Positions 13,753 through 25,144 of a stretch of 64,000 nt of DNA are shown piece by piece. This DNA is from Vicugna vicugna (taxonomy: Eukaryota): NCBI GenBank assembly GCA_013265495.1, contig MU059176.1, positions 3,283,720 through 3,347,719 of the forward strand, written 5' to 3'. Made by a program: the position numbers and the translations under genes. The number at the start of each line of letters is the position of its first letter. Position 1 is the stretch's first letter. Below the pieces are notes generated by a model that had not been told where the DNA came from, did not search any database, and saw only the letters and a list, made by a program, of their open reading frames with translations.

Positions 13753-16700
13753 GCTGGCTCTCCTGGCCCAGCCCAGACTCTCTGACTCCGACCCTCTTCC
13801 CTCAGTTGATTCCTGAGCCTTCCATGGCTCTCATCACTTTTGGATAAAAACCACGCTCCTTGGCAAGGTCCTTAACAGCGGCCCTGGTCTCCCTCGCTGC
13901 CCAGTCTCCACGTGCTCCCCTGACCTCCGGGACGCCCAGCGGCTGTCATAAGCATCGTCAGCAGGCTTGTGTCCCTCACCGTGCCCCACAGTGGGGCTAA
14001 GCTTCCTCTTGGAGGCCCTTTGGACAGTGAGAAGAGTCAGGCCGAGACAGGAGAAGTGGCTTCCCCAGCCACTCGGCAGGGAGTGGGGGCGGAACCCCAT
14101 CCCTGTCTGCCAGAGCCCTGCTCCTACCCACACTGTCTCTGCGTCCCTGCCTCTCCACTTCTGCCCAGAACCCCCTGCTCTGCCTTGGCAGGGCAGGCGT
14201 CCACTCCTGAGAGCCACCTGCAAAGGGTGGCTCTTGCCCCCGTGTGGGGACACACCACCAGGCCAAGGTGCAGGATGAACCCAGCCGGTGCCACGGCCTC
14301 TAAGTGCAGCTGGGCCCCCGGACACATGCTGGTGGCTGATGTGAGGGTGACAGTGGGTGGGGGGGTTTGTGGGGGAAGGAGGTCAGGGCAGCTGGAGGCA
14401 GGGTGGTCGTGGAGGCCAGGACTGCAGCCTCGACAAAGGAGGGGGCTCCCAGCCTAAGTCTGAGGGCAAGTAGGAAAAGAGGCTTCAGAAGGCCCCGCTG
14501 GCCACCCCCACCCCCGGCTCTCTGTCACGTCTGAGGCCACCAGACCCCTTTGGCCCACAATCCCTGAGAGGCTGGCCTGGCCCTGAGGCGGCCTCAATGA
14601 TCCTGGACTTGATCTTTCAGCACGTGGCCGGGTGACTGTGAGGTCCCCTTGGGCCTTTTGCTGACCGCAGCCCAGCCACGCCGAAGTCACGGGCCAGGAG
14701 GCCCACACCACCCCTCAGACTCCATCTGCCTGGGAACTCGGCCCTGCAGTTTGCTGTGAGGTAGGTTTTTGTCAGAACTGTCTTCTGGAGGCACCAGATG
14801 GGCCTGAGATTTCAGGGGCTAAGCCTTCCCCCAGGCCTGCCGGGTGGGGGGGTGGGGGTTTTCACCCCAGCACCCACAGGGCAGAGCCTCCTAGGCCTGA
14901 GGATGGTGCCCTGCAGTTTGCGGCAACAGGGGCGGGTGGCGGAGGGCAGGGGAGAGGCCGACCAGGAGCAAGACGGGCAGATCCTGGGGAGGTTTCTTCG
15001 TATGGTTTGAGGGACCTCAAATGGCCCAGGAGGACACCGAGTGTTTTTATATCAAAGCAGGCAGCAGGAGCAGGGGCCCGGCAGCCAGCCTTCTCCCCGC
15101 GCCGGGCTCCTGCCTCTACTCTGGCCATCAAGTGGAGGGGCGCTGAGGGCAGACGAAGCGGGCTCGCGTGCAGCCTCTCGCTCGGGGCCACCCTCGGAGG
15201 GAGAGAGGCAGGATCGGACGCCTGTCCTACAGGAGGTTCAGGAGGCTCGGCGAGCAGAAGCAGCCTGAGAAAGGCTACCTGGCCGGTGACCCTTCCCTGG
15301 GGCTCTGCTGCCCTGCCAGCTGTGTATGACCAGGGAGGCTGGGGGTCAGGCCCTTCTCCCTGGGACACCCACCAACAGCAGCGACACTCCGAGTCCTTCC
15401 GTGCCAGGCCCCGTGCGGAGCGGGGTCGCAGGACCCTGGCCGGAGTGTGGTGCAGTGGGATGGGGTGAAGCTGGGCCAGCCCTCACCTCTCTGAGCCTCA
15501 CCTGTAACTCTGAACGGCACCCTTGCAGGTTGCTGGGAATGGTACAGTCATCTAGGTACACAGAGACTCAGCCCCGAGGCTGCTCAGAGGGGAAGCCTTG
15601 CCCCAGATTCCTGATGGCTGTCCCAGGGGCGAGGGCTGCAGGAGGCCGGGCCAGCACCTGTGCACAAACCTCCCTGCTTCCACGCCGGGCCTTCAGCACT
15701 GGCGCACCCCCATTGACCGCCCTACCCTGTGACTGTCTGGGGCCGGGCCCGGGGGCAGGGCAGAGTGACCTGGCACTCGGAGCCTGCGTCTGCCCCCTCT
15801 CTCCAGAGTGGGCTGGGCGGGCCTCCTGGAGGGGTCCAGAGTGTGGGCACCTGGCTGGCTTCTGAAAAAGGTTTGTTCACCCTGCTAGTCTCCCTTCTTA
15901 CGGCCTCACCTACAACGTGACCAAGGTCAGGCAGGCCCTGGGCTTCCTGCCTTGCTGCGGGGGACTTGCCACTGAGGCTGATTTCCTCACTGGCCCTCCG
16001 AGTGAGCTAGTAAAATGCTAAGGGCCAGAGAAGGAGAGCAGGGGACGAGAGAAACGTGATCGAGCACCCGGCAAGTGCCACCCACACTGCTGGGTGCTGC
16101 GCGCCCAGCGTCTAGCTCAGGCAGCTTCAAGGTAGAGACGACCACCCTTTTTTCACAAAAGAGAAAGCTGAGGCTCAGAGCCGTGTGGTGACTCTGGCGT
16201 GGTGACGTCGGCACGGAACCCAGGTCTGGCTCCCAAGCCTAGGCCAGGACAACAAACCAGAAAGAGTCATGGTTGGCAAAACTACAGTGGGGTGTCCCTG
16301 CTCTGACAGCACACGCATAGTCCTTAAAACACAGATGCACCTGGCTGAGCAACCTGAAACTTCCAACTTTGAGAAGCAACCCCAACTTCCTTGGGACAGA
16401 ATCTTGCCACAGGGAGCCCTGAGCTTTGGCTACTCGCTAGCCAACAGTCTGCGGCTGGCACCTGGTCTGCAGCCACCACCTGGCCTGGCCTCGGCTGGAG
16501 CCAGCTAGAGGGAAGCCCTGAAGGAGGCCAGGGTGGGCTGGAGGGGTCGGGCCCACCCAGGCGTGGGGCGGGAGGGAACCCGTGGGCAGGGACCGAGGCA
16601 CTTGGTCATTTCATCTGTTTCTATAATCGGGGGCTCTTCTGAAGACAAAAAATGGTGCCTTGGGCTCTCTGGGGTTCCTCCCACTTGCAGCTCCAGTGGA

Positions 16701-16882
16701 CAATCAGTATTGGCACTCCTGGGCTCTCCTGAGTGCGGCAGGGCAGGGGGCCCACACGGACCAGCAAAACCATCAGGAAGTGGGCGTGCGGGAGGGGCGA
16801 TTAGGCACCAAAGGACACTGAGGGCACATCACTGCAGGCTTTGGGACCCCCGGACCCAATCCAGAGGGAGAGTTAAGGCAGA

Positions 16883-16958
16883 ACAGGGAGGAGGCCGGGG
16901 GACAGGGAGGGGGCCGGGGGACAGGGAAGGGGCTGGGGGACAGGCAGGGGCCGGGAAC
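16883..16958 (+). repeat. G-rich minisatellite, 19-nt unit x4
   Basis: ACAGGGAGGAGGCCGGGGG / ACAGGGAGGGGGCCGGGGG / ACAGGGAAGGGGCTGGGGG / ACAGGCAGGGGCCGGGAAC. Confidence 0.85.
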
Positions 16959-18407
16959 ACTGTCTCTGAGACGAAGGTTCAGGCCCAGGAGTGGCACGTG
17001 GGGGTCAAGTGTGCCCAGCCCGCAGCGGGATGGGGCAAAGTGTGAGGAGCAGTAGGGGCAGGGCCGCCTTCTCTCTGCAGGGCACACCTCCATTTTCAGC
17101 TACCCCGAGGGCCCCCTGTGGGTGGAAAGCTCTATGGCACAGGGGAACTTTCTGCATCTGTGTAGGGCAAGGGCTGGCTGTGTGCCCCTGGTGCAGGTGT
17201 GGGGACGTGAGTCGCAGGGATGCTGGGAGGGCACTGCCACAAATCAGGTGGCATTTACACAAAGCCTCAGAGCTGGGCAGACCCCGTGAGAGTCACCCCA
17301 GGTGCGTCTACTGGCCACTCTGATTGATGAAGTTCTCGCCCAGGCATCCTGTCCTGGTGGGTCCCTGTCACAGCCCCTGAGGTTGGAGGACCAGGAATCG
17401 CCTTCCTACCTTACAGCACCAAGAGGAGAAGAGATTACCGAGGCCATCCAGGGGCAAAAAGCCAGGACCGCAGTGTCCACAGTCCCCAGGCCCAGCCCCA
17501 AGAAGAGCCGTGTCAACCCCTCACGTCCCTGGCCTGGGCCGCCTCTGCCAGGAGACAGATGGCAGCATCGCCCTCAAGGCCCCAGGGGTTGTTCCCACAC
17601 GGCCGGCTGGCCGCGCTCTCTGTAACACCATTCCCTGAACCCTGCCGCGGACCCTGCCCTCTGGCCTCCAGCTGCATCCCGGCACCCTCCTGCCCGTGCC
17701 AGCCCATGAGCCAGCTCCCCCGCCTGGATTCTCTGCTGGATGCCGGGCCTCCTAGACCCCCGTCTGATCAAGTTCTCTACACCTGACAGCTGGGCTTCAG
17801 CCCGTGGCTTCTGGTAGGTGCTCCCTGACCCACCTGCCCTCACAGCAGCAGGGGAACCACCCCCATCAGTAGTCCTATCACCCAGAACCCGCTCTCAGAG
17901 TCTCGGGGAGGGCCTGTCCGCCCCCTCCTCACTCTCATTACCGGGGGCTGGGACAGTGGCACTCAGAAGTATGCGGTGCTAGCTGCCCGTGGAGGTGAAG
18001 TCTCCCATGGCTTTCATACCTCATGAGATGAGCTTACAGACCGGCTAGAATCAGATTCAAATTTCATCTGAGGCCCTGAGAGTGGGGAAAGCTATAAGGC
18101 CTCATGCTCCAATGGAAGTCAAGGGACTTCTGGGTAAGTGCTCTGGGCCTTCTCAGGACAGGGGCCGGGCTGTGCCCTCTAGCCAGACTTGGTCCCCCAA
18201 GGTGCCAGCGCCCGGGTGCCAAGAACCCTGGTTTTGCCAGGAGCTTCGGGTGGCTGTGGGTGAATCACATCCTCTCCAAGCCTCAGTCTCCCCATCTGGG
18301 GCCAGCCAGTGCCCTGCCTTGGACCCTGCCTGGCACCCTGCCTCCTTCCTGAGTCCTATCCCTCGACGCAGCCAAGTCAGCAGCACCCACCTCCTTCTAC
18401 ACTCGTA

Positions 18408-18453
18408 GTGTGTGTGTGTGTGTGTGCGCGTGCGCGAGAGACAGAGAGAGAGA
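18408..18453. repeat. Compound microsatellite (GT)n-(GC)-(GA)n
   Basis: GTGTGTGTGTGTGTGTGTGCGCGTGCGCGAGAGACAGAGAGAGAGA. Confidence 0.9.
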
Positions 18454-20550
18454 AGGACTGTGGATATGAGTATGAAAAACTGAGGCCAGGCACTCAGGGC
18501 CTCAACCAGGGACCCCAGCTGCCCAGAGGCCAGCCACACCTGGGACTAGTTCAGTGACGGGGTGAAGTCAACCCTAGTTCCTCCTGAACGTGAGGTCAGT
18601 CCCCGGAGCTCAGCGCTGTTGGTAGGGAGGCCGTGGCTGGAGGGGAGGGGACCTGCCTGGGCCCTGGGCCCACCCACCTTCTCCCTCCAGCTGGCGCCCC
18701 TGCTGACCTGGGAAACTGCCCTGTGTCATCGCCTCCCCTGTCTCAGATTCGCCTCAGTCCCTTCCCACAGCCAGGCTCATCCAGGCTCCGGGTCCCAGCC
18801 TTTCTCTCCTAGCCAGACACCTGCCTGGGTGAAGAGTGAGCAGTGAGGGCCTACCCATCCCTGGGCACTTCCTCCAGGTGGCCTTCATTCATACTCCAAG
18901 CCAACCGGCTTCCCCTGTGCTCCTGCTCTAGGCAAGGCCCTGCGCTGTGTCCTGAGGAGCCATGAGAACTGGCACACACTTGACCCCTGCCTCCAGTCAG
19001 GGGGGCCCTAGACTTGTGACAAAACAGGGTGCTGGTGGAATAAAAGTGAGCAGTTTAGACGGGGGTGGCGGGGAGGCCCAGTTAGGTCTGGACAAGCCTT
19101 TGCCGGGTAGAACTGTGCAAGATAGCACATGGGTATCGAGTGGCAGGTGACAAGACCCACTGATGCAAGAAGCCTGGGACAGTCTGCATGCACAGGGCCT
19201 GAGGGACAGGTGAAGGGTGGCTCCCAGGAGGTGACAATGTGTGGGTCTGGAATTAGGGGTGGGAGGAGGTGGCCTGGGACACGGGTTGGTGAAATTAGGA
19301 GAAACCCAGGGACCCTGGAGATGGTGGCTGCAGAAAAGAGGTGGCAGGTGGGTGGTCCCTTGGTGGACAGAGGAGCTGGGAGCTGGGGAGGAGAGTGGGT
19401 GTGTCAAGAGGTGACATCAGCTGGACCTTTCAGGGTGGCTGTGTGCTTATATGAGGCTGGGACAGTATGGGGCTCAGTCTGTGCCTCCAAATATCAGCCA
19501 TTATTACCATAATCGCCCCACTCTGCCTGGTCTTCCCAGCCTCCCAGGTCTTCAGCCTGTCTGTTCCCTAGCCCAGAACCCTCTCAACAGCTCCCTGGCT
19601 GAGCGTTGTCCTGTGTGCCAGGCCCCAGGCACATAGGTCATGGTCCGTCCCATCCTTTCTCTCACGGCCCTGTCCTCTGAGCCCAGCTGGGGAGTGTGTT
19701 ACGGGGTCACCCCCATTCAGTGGAAGGGAAACTTGGGCGTCCTTCCAGAGGGGCAGGGAGATGGGCAGGTGCCAGCTGTGGGAGTGCAGGGACAGAGAGG
19801 AGTTCCCAGCCACATTTCTGTGCCTCAGTTGCCTCACTGGGAGTCACTTTACTGCCAGCTCACAAGATGGCTGTGAGGTAAGTGAAGATAGGGCAGTGCG
19901 AGGCCCGAGGAAGCTGGGGCTAATGGTTAACTACTGCCGCGGCCCCTGGGCCTGGAGCAAGGCACCTCCGCTTTCCTGGGCTCAGGGGGACCCCTGAAAT
20001 GGGCTGGCTGTGAATATGCCTTCAGGAGGGAAGGTCCCACCTGGAAAGGCTGCTGAGCCCACAGATCTGAGCTGTGTCCCAAGCCTCAGGCTGCTCCGCC
20101 ACCGGCGCGGGACTTTGGGCGTGGGAGCGAGTCCACAGGCCGCAAACCTGGGCCCAGATGACGGCTCACCGACCGCACGGACCGAGCTGTGTCTCTTCGC
20201 TTTTAGGGCCTCACTGCGTCATCTGTGAAGTGGGGACAGCTGCTTCTCAGGGCTGTGGGAAGACACATTGGAGGGGGCTGACTGGCAAGCACCTTGCAAA
20301 CTGTAAAGTGAGGAGGAAGGCTCAGCTGGAGGGAGTGAGCTGAAGTGTGGACACCGAGCCCACTGCTGGAGGGGCTGCAGAGGCTCCCCGCACCCCCAAC
20401 GCACCCACACTTCCAGCCCCTGTCCTGTGCTGGGAGCCTGTGGTCCTGGGGACAGGCCTGTGTAAGGGCAGGCGTGGGCTCTGCCTCAGCCGAGCTCACG
20501 GCAGCCAGGTGACCCGGAAGCGTCTCCCCAGACCAAGTTTGGACTCTCCA

Positions 20551-20977
20551 TGGTCAGCAGAATGACAGTTCCCCCAGATGTCCACATCTTAGTCCCTTGT
20601 GACTCGATGTGGTAAGAAAGACTCTGCAGGTGTGACTGAGCTAAGGAATTGGAGATGCAGACTATCCTGGCTTGTCCAGGTGAGCCCAAGGTGGTCACAA
20701 GGTGGAAGAGGGGGCTCAGAGAAGGAGCTGTGGTGACGGAGGTGGGTCAGAGAGATGCGGGCCACCAGGGGAGGAACGTGGGTGGCCTGCAGGAACTAGA
20801 AAAGGCAAGGAGATGGACTCACTCCTAGAGCTTCCAGAATGAACGCAGCCCTTGCTGAAACCTTGGCTTCTGCCCAGTGAGCCCCAAGTCAAATTTCTGA
20901 CCCACAGAAGGTGGCGGGTTGTTTGAAGGCACTAAGGTCGTGGTAACTTGTTAACAGCAGCGGCAGGAAACCAACAC
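20551..20977 (+). mobile_element. MaLR solo LTR (MLT1D-like)
   Basis: Colinear with the recalled MLT1D consensus: AGATGTCCACATCTTAGTCCC ... GAAAAGGCAAGGAGATGGACTCACTCCTAGAGCTTCCAGAATGAACGCAGCCC ... GTGGTAACTTGTTAACAGCAGCGGCAGGAAACCAACA. Confidence 0.8.
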
Positions 20978-21672
20978 GGCATCTTTCCCAAGTACATCTG
21001 GGGAAAAGGAGCTGATTGAAGACCTGGAGCTGACAAGTATGACTCACAGGGTCTCATCAGTCTTGCCGTAAGCGGGGCCCCCAGGGGCCTGTGGTAAACT
21101 TAGCTGGGTACTTGGATGTTTCACCCAGCTCAGTCGGCCAGATAATTGAAATTTATCACTTCAACCCTCAAATCCAAACATTTTAATGGGAATCTAAAAT
21201 CAGTTACATATTTCGAGGCCTCTTTAAAGTAAACATAACTGTACCTGTTCTCAGCCTGTGCTCAGTGACTCAGTATTATAAACAGCAACTGCTGGGTACA
21301 GCTGAGACCCCAAGGGTAGGGCAGAGCCACCGGGCCCCCGGCCACTGTGCTGCAGAGCGCTGCCCCTTTGGGGGAGCCTCTGGGAGCCCCAGGAAAACAG
21401 CCAACGCTGTAATTAGTGGGAGTGATGCTGTGGGATTTCAGGGAGCACTTCTGTTAGGGTTTCAAGACTTCTGTTGGTGTTTCAAAACTGGGGAACCTTG
21501 TAACCAAAACGCTAGCCCTTGGGGAACCAAAGAGCAAGCAGGGTTCCCAGAGAGGAACTGAGAGGCTCAAAGGTGGGTCAAGGGCCCAGGTTTTAGCTGA
21601 TTTTTGCTTATGTTCTGGCTCTTGGCTGTGTTGAGATGAGGCTGCTAATTAAACGACTTGCAGACGTCTAAG

Positions 21673-21685
21673 TGACCTGTGACCT
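21673..21685 (-). promoter_or_regulatory. Perfect DR1 element
   Basis: TGACCT-G-TGACCT, read as AGGTCA-C-AGGTCA on the minus strand. Confidence 0.35.
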
Positions 21686-24600
21686 CTGCAGTCTTGACAC
21701 AAAATACTTCTGAAATAATTCTGAGTTAAGCAGCCTATACAACCATACAAAACCTAAATTTTCCATCTCTGTTTGGGGAAGGGAAACTGGGGCCTGCAGC
21801 CAGCAGTGAGGTCACTTCCCCTCTCTGAGATACGGGAAAAGGGGGTTTCAGCCTGGACCTGCAGGCGCGGTCTGTTGCGGATGTGTGGTCACCACAGAGG
21901 GTGGTGAGGACGGGCGTGTGCTCGGGGCTGGCCAGGGCTGCTCTGCACCCACCCACTTCCGCTCTCTCAGTCCCTTCCGACCCACTCTGAAAACAAGCCC
22001 CAGCCACACAGGAGACACCTGGCACATCAGGGCCGGAAGACACCTGCCAGGCCATCGCCACCACCAGGTGACCACAGCAAACATGCTGCTCTGACGGAGC
22101 CCTGAGCCATGACTACCCCTGGTTCGGCCCACAGCAGACCCTTCTGGGGCATTCCAGACCCACCTGTCTCTGTCCTCTCATGGGGCCAGGCTGGCCAGTG
22201 CAGCAGTCAAGGGCACAGACTCTGGAGCGGGGTGGCCCGGGGTCTGACCTTGCTATGGGACTCCTCAGGGTCTCACTGTCCTCATCTGCTCCTGGGCCAC
22301 AGAACAAGATCCTTCCTCCTCTGCCTTTTCTACCCCCATCTCCTCCCAGGACCCCAAACAGGGCTTGATCAGCCCCCCAGCCCAGGGTCCCCTGGGATAA
22401 ACTGCCTGTGCTCCCTCCCACAGGCGAAGGATGCTGACCCAGTTCGGTCTGGGCTGCTCTCTCCATGCAGGGGCCAGGCTCTGAACATGATGTCCCAGGC
22501 GAGCTCTGACCAGTGCAGGGCAGGATGGGGATGGTCACCACCCTCACTCTCCAGCCCTTGCTTCTATCAGTATAACCACGGAGCAGCCGGGACTCGCTGG
22601 GGCCTACTAATTAGGCTTCAAGTCCAATAGGGTCCTAAGTCTGTACCACGTGGGCTGTTCTCAGAGGAGACAGGTGATAAGAATGATGAGCTCTCGGGGG
22701 AGCTCACCTGTACTCTAGACAGGACCTTTCATGGAAGCCTCTGAGGATGGGTGGTTCCGTGTGCGGGCCCTTAGCTGCTGGCCCTGGTCCCCCTGTTGTG
22801 AGTGTTGCAGGGAGACCACGAGAGGGAGAGGTCTCTTCTGTCTGTGGGGTGGGGCGATTTCCTCGGCCCCTCCTAGGCCTGGTGCAGAGTCCCCCGATCT
22901 GCTCCCCTACCTCTGCCTCCCAAGCCCGGGATGAGGGTAGCTGTATCCTCGGTGCCTCCCTCCTCACCTCCTGACCCTACTCCAGGATCTGGTTCAGCAC
23001 TGCTCGCTCTAGTTAGAAAAAGTAAGTACGGAGGCCCTGCTCTGCATCTGCTTACCCACCTGCTTGATGTCGACTCACCTCAGCCTGCTTCCCACCATCA
23101 TCTCGCTGGTAAGGGTGCAGGGCACCTGGGGGCCCAGTTCCTGGTCCTGCCCTGCTCTGGAGCTCTGGTGTCAGGCAGCAGTGCCCACTTCTCCGATAAA
23201 TGAGGCCGTGGGGCCTGGGCCCTCTTGGGACTCAGCCCACCAGCGGCTCTTACGTTCCTGTCACCCACCGCTAGCCAGCTTTTCAGAAAGCCCACAGCAC
23301 TGACTCACCCCTTTGTGCAGGGGAGTAGACACGCCCGGTTGCTGGTGCCTCTAAGCACACGCCTTGGCAGTTTCCAATCCTTCCCAGGCCAACCCAGGCG
23401 GCCCACGTCAATGAGACAGCCCTGTGCAGGGAACTTGCAGAGAGCCAGGCTTCCAGCTACACCTGTCCTTCCCAGCATGGGCTTGGGGGTTCCCTGAGCC
23501 CTGTCGGCCAGCCCATGACCTCTTCTGCTCCTCAGACCCTCACTGGGGAAGGCCTCAAGCCTACTCACCAGCATGCAAGGCCACATCCCTCCCCCCGCCC
23601 CACACAGACCTCTCTCCTCTCTAGATGCCTGGGTTCTAAGTGACCTCTATGGGACCTTCAGGCTCCGACCTCCATGGTCCTATGACCCTGACACTTAAGA
23701 TGGCCCACATGGCCAAGACCTCTGGGCTAAGCTCAGCTGCGCAGGGTAGTGTGTGACCTTGGGCACCCCAGCGAGCCTCAGTTTCTGCCTCTGAGACGTG
23801 GGAAATATACCACAAAGAAGGCTGTGACAACCCCTGGCGACGCTACAGCTGTGGTCCAGAGGCCTGGGCAGCTGCTGCCACCTAGGGGCCAGCAACCCCA
23901 GAGCTGTGGCACCAACCGAGGGCCAGAGGAATGAGCGCATGAGGAGACAAGACTGCTCTTCTGCTCTGAAGACCAAACAAGGTTGAAGAGCAGTTATTTT
24001 CTTTTCCTCCTTCCTTTTCCTCACCATGCCCAGGGTCAGCCACCCAGCAGGCCTCCGGGCCACGCGGAGTGGCCCCAGGTGTTTCTGGGCAAGCCTCTCT
24101 AGAGGGTAGATCTAGCCCAGGGACAGTGCTCAGAGGGCAGCTGACCTCACAGGGACCCCCCGAGGCAAGTGGGAGCCTCAGAGGGGACCAGGGAAAGTGG
24201 GCTGCAGTTGCCAGCCCAGCGGGCTTGGGCTAGGCTCATTCACAAATGTGGGGAGCCTTGAGGTCAGAGTGGCTGAGTGAGTCTTGCTTTTAGCTGGTCT
24301 GCCAGATGACCTCAATCAGTCCTCCCTTCTCTGGGTAGTAGATTTCCCAACTCAAAAGGGGAGTGGCGTGGGCCGGATGCCCCGAGACCCCATGGTCCTG
24401 AATCTAGATGTGGCTCTTTCCCCCGGATGTGGCTCCTGTCCGAGGCAAGGAGATGGGTAAGGACTGTGCTGTCCAAATCCCTGCTCTACATCAACACCCT
24501 CTTTGCTTCTGTGTCTCAGTGTTGCTTTGCTGACCCTGGGATCCTAACTGCAAACGAGGCGTTACTGCGCGGAGAAGGGTCACAGCACATGTCTCCTCCC

Positions 24601-24729
24601 ACGCAGAGGCCACTAGCACTGGCTCTGGGTTCTCTGCTACAAACACACAGACAAGGAAACACACATGCTCGATGAAGGGCACAAACTTAAAAAAAGAAAA
24701 AGTGAGTCCACGTCTGGAATGGAGCCCTC

Positions 24730-24916
24730 CACACTCACATGTGGCACGCACGACTGCACACACGTGGGCGCACCCCACAGACACGCAGCCCCCACGCACA
24801 CTCACCCCACACGCCAGCACAGCGCTCACAACCTGCCACAGCAGCATGCACACAGATGCCCCCCACGCCGGCACACACCACACACGTGCACACACGCGCA
24901 CACACACGAACAAAGG
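24730..24916. repeat. Imperfect CA-rich low-complexity tract (UG-rich in the SCUBE1 pre-mRNA)
   Basis: CACACTCACA...CACACCACACACGTGCACACACGCGCACACACG running into the gap. Confidence 0.8.
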
Positions 24917-25144
24917 NNNNNNNNNNNNNNNNNNNNNNNNNNNNNNNNNNNNNNNNNNNNNNNNNNNNNNNNNNNNNNNNNNNNNNNNNNNNNNNNNNNN
25001 NNNNNNNNNNNNNNNNNNNNNNNNNNNNNNNNNNNNNNNNNNNNNNNNNNNNNNNNNNNNNNNNNNNNNNNNNNNNNNNNNNNNNNNNNNNNNNNNNNNN
25101 NNNNNNNNNNNNNNNNNNNNNNNNNNNNNNNNNNNNNNNNNNNN
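24917..25144. other. Assembly gap (228 N) in intron 6
   Basis: Run of n from 24917 to 25144, next to a CA-rich low-complexity tract. Confidence 1.
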
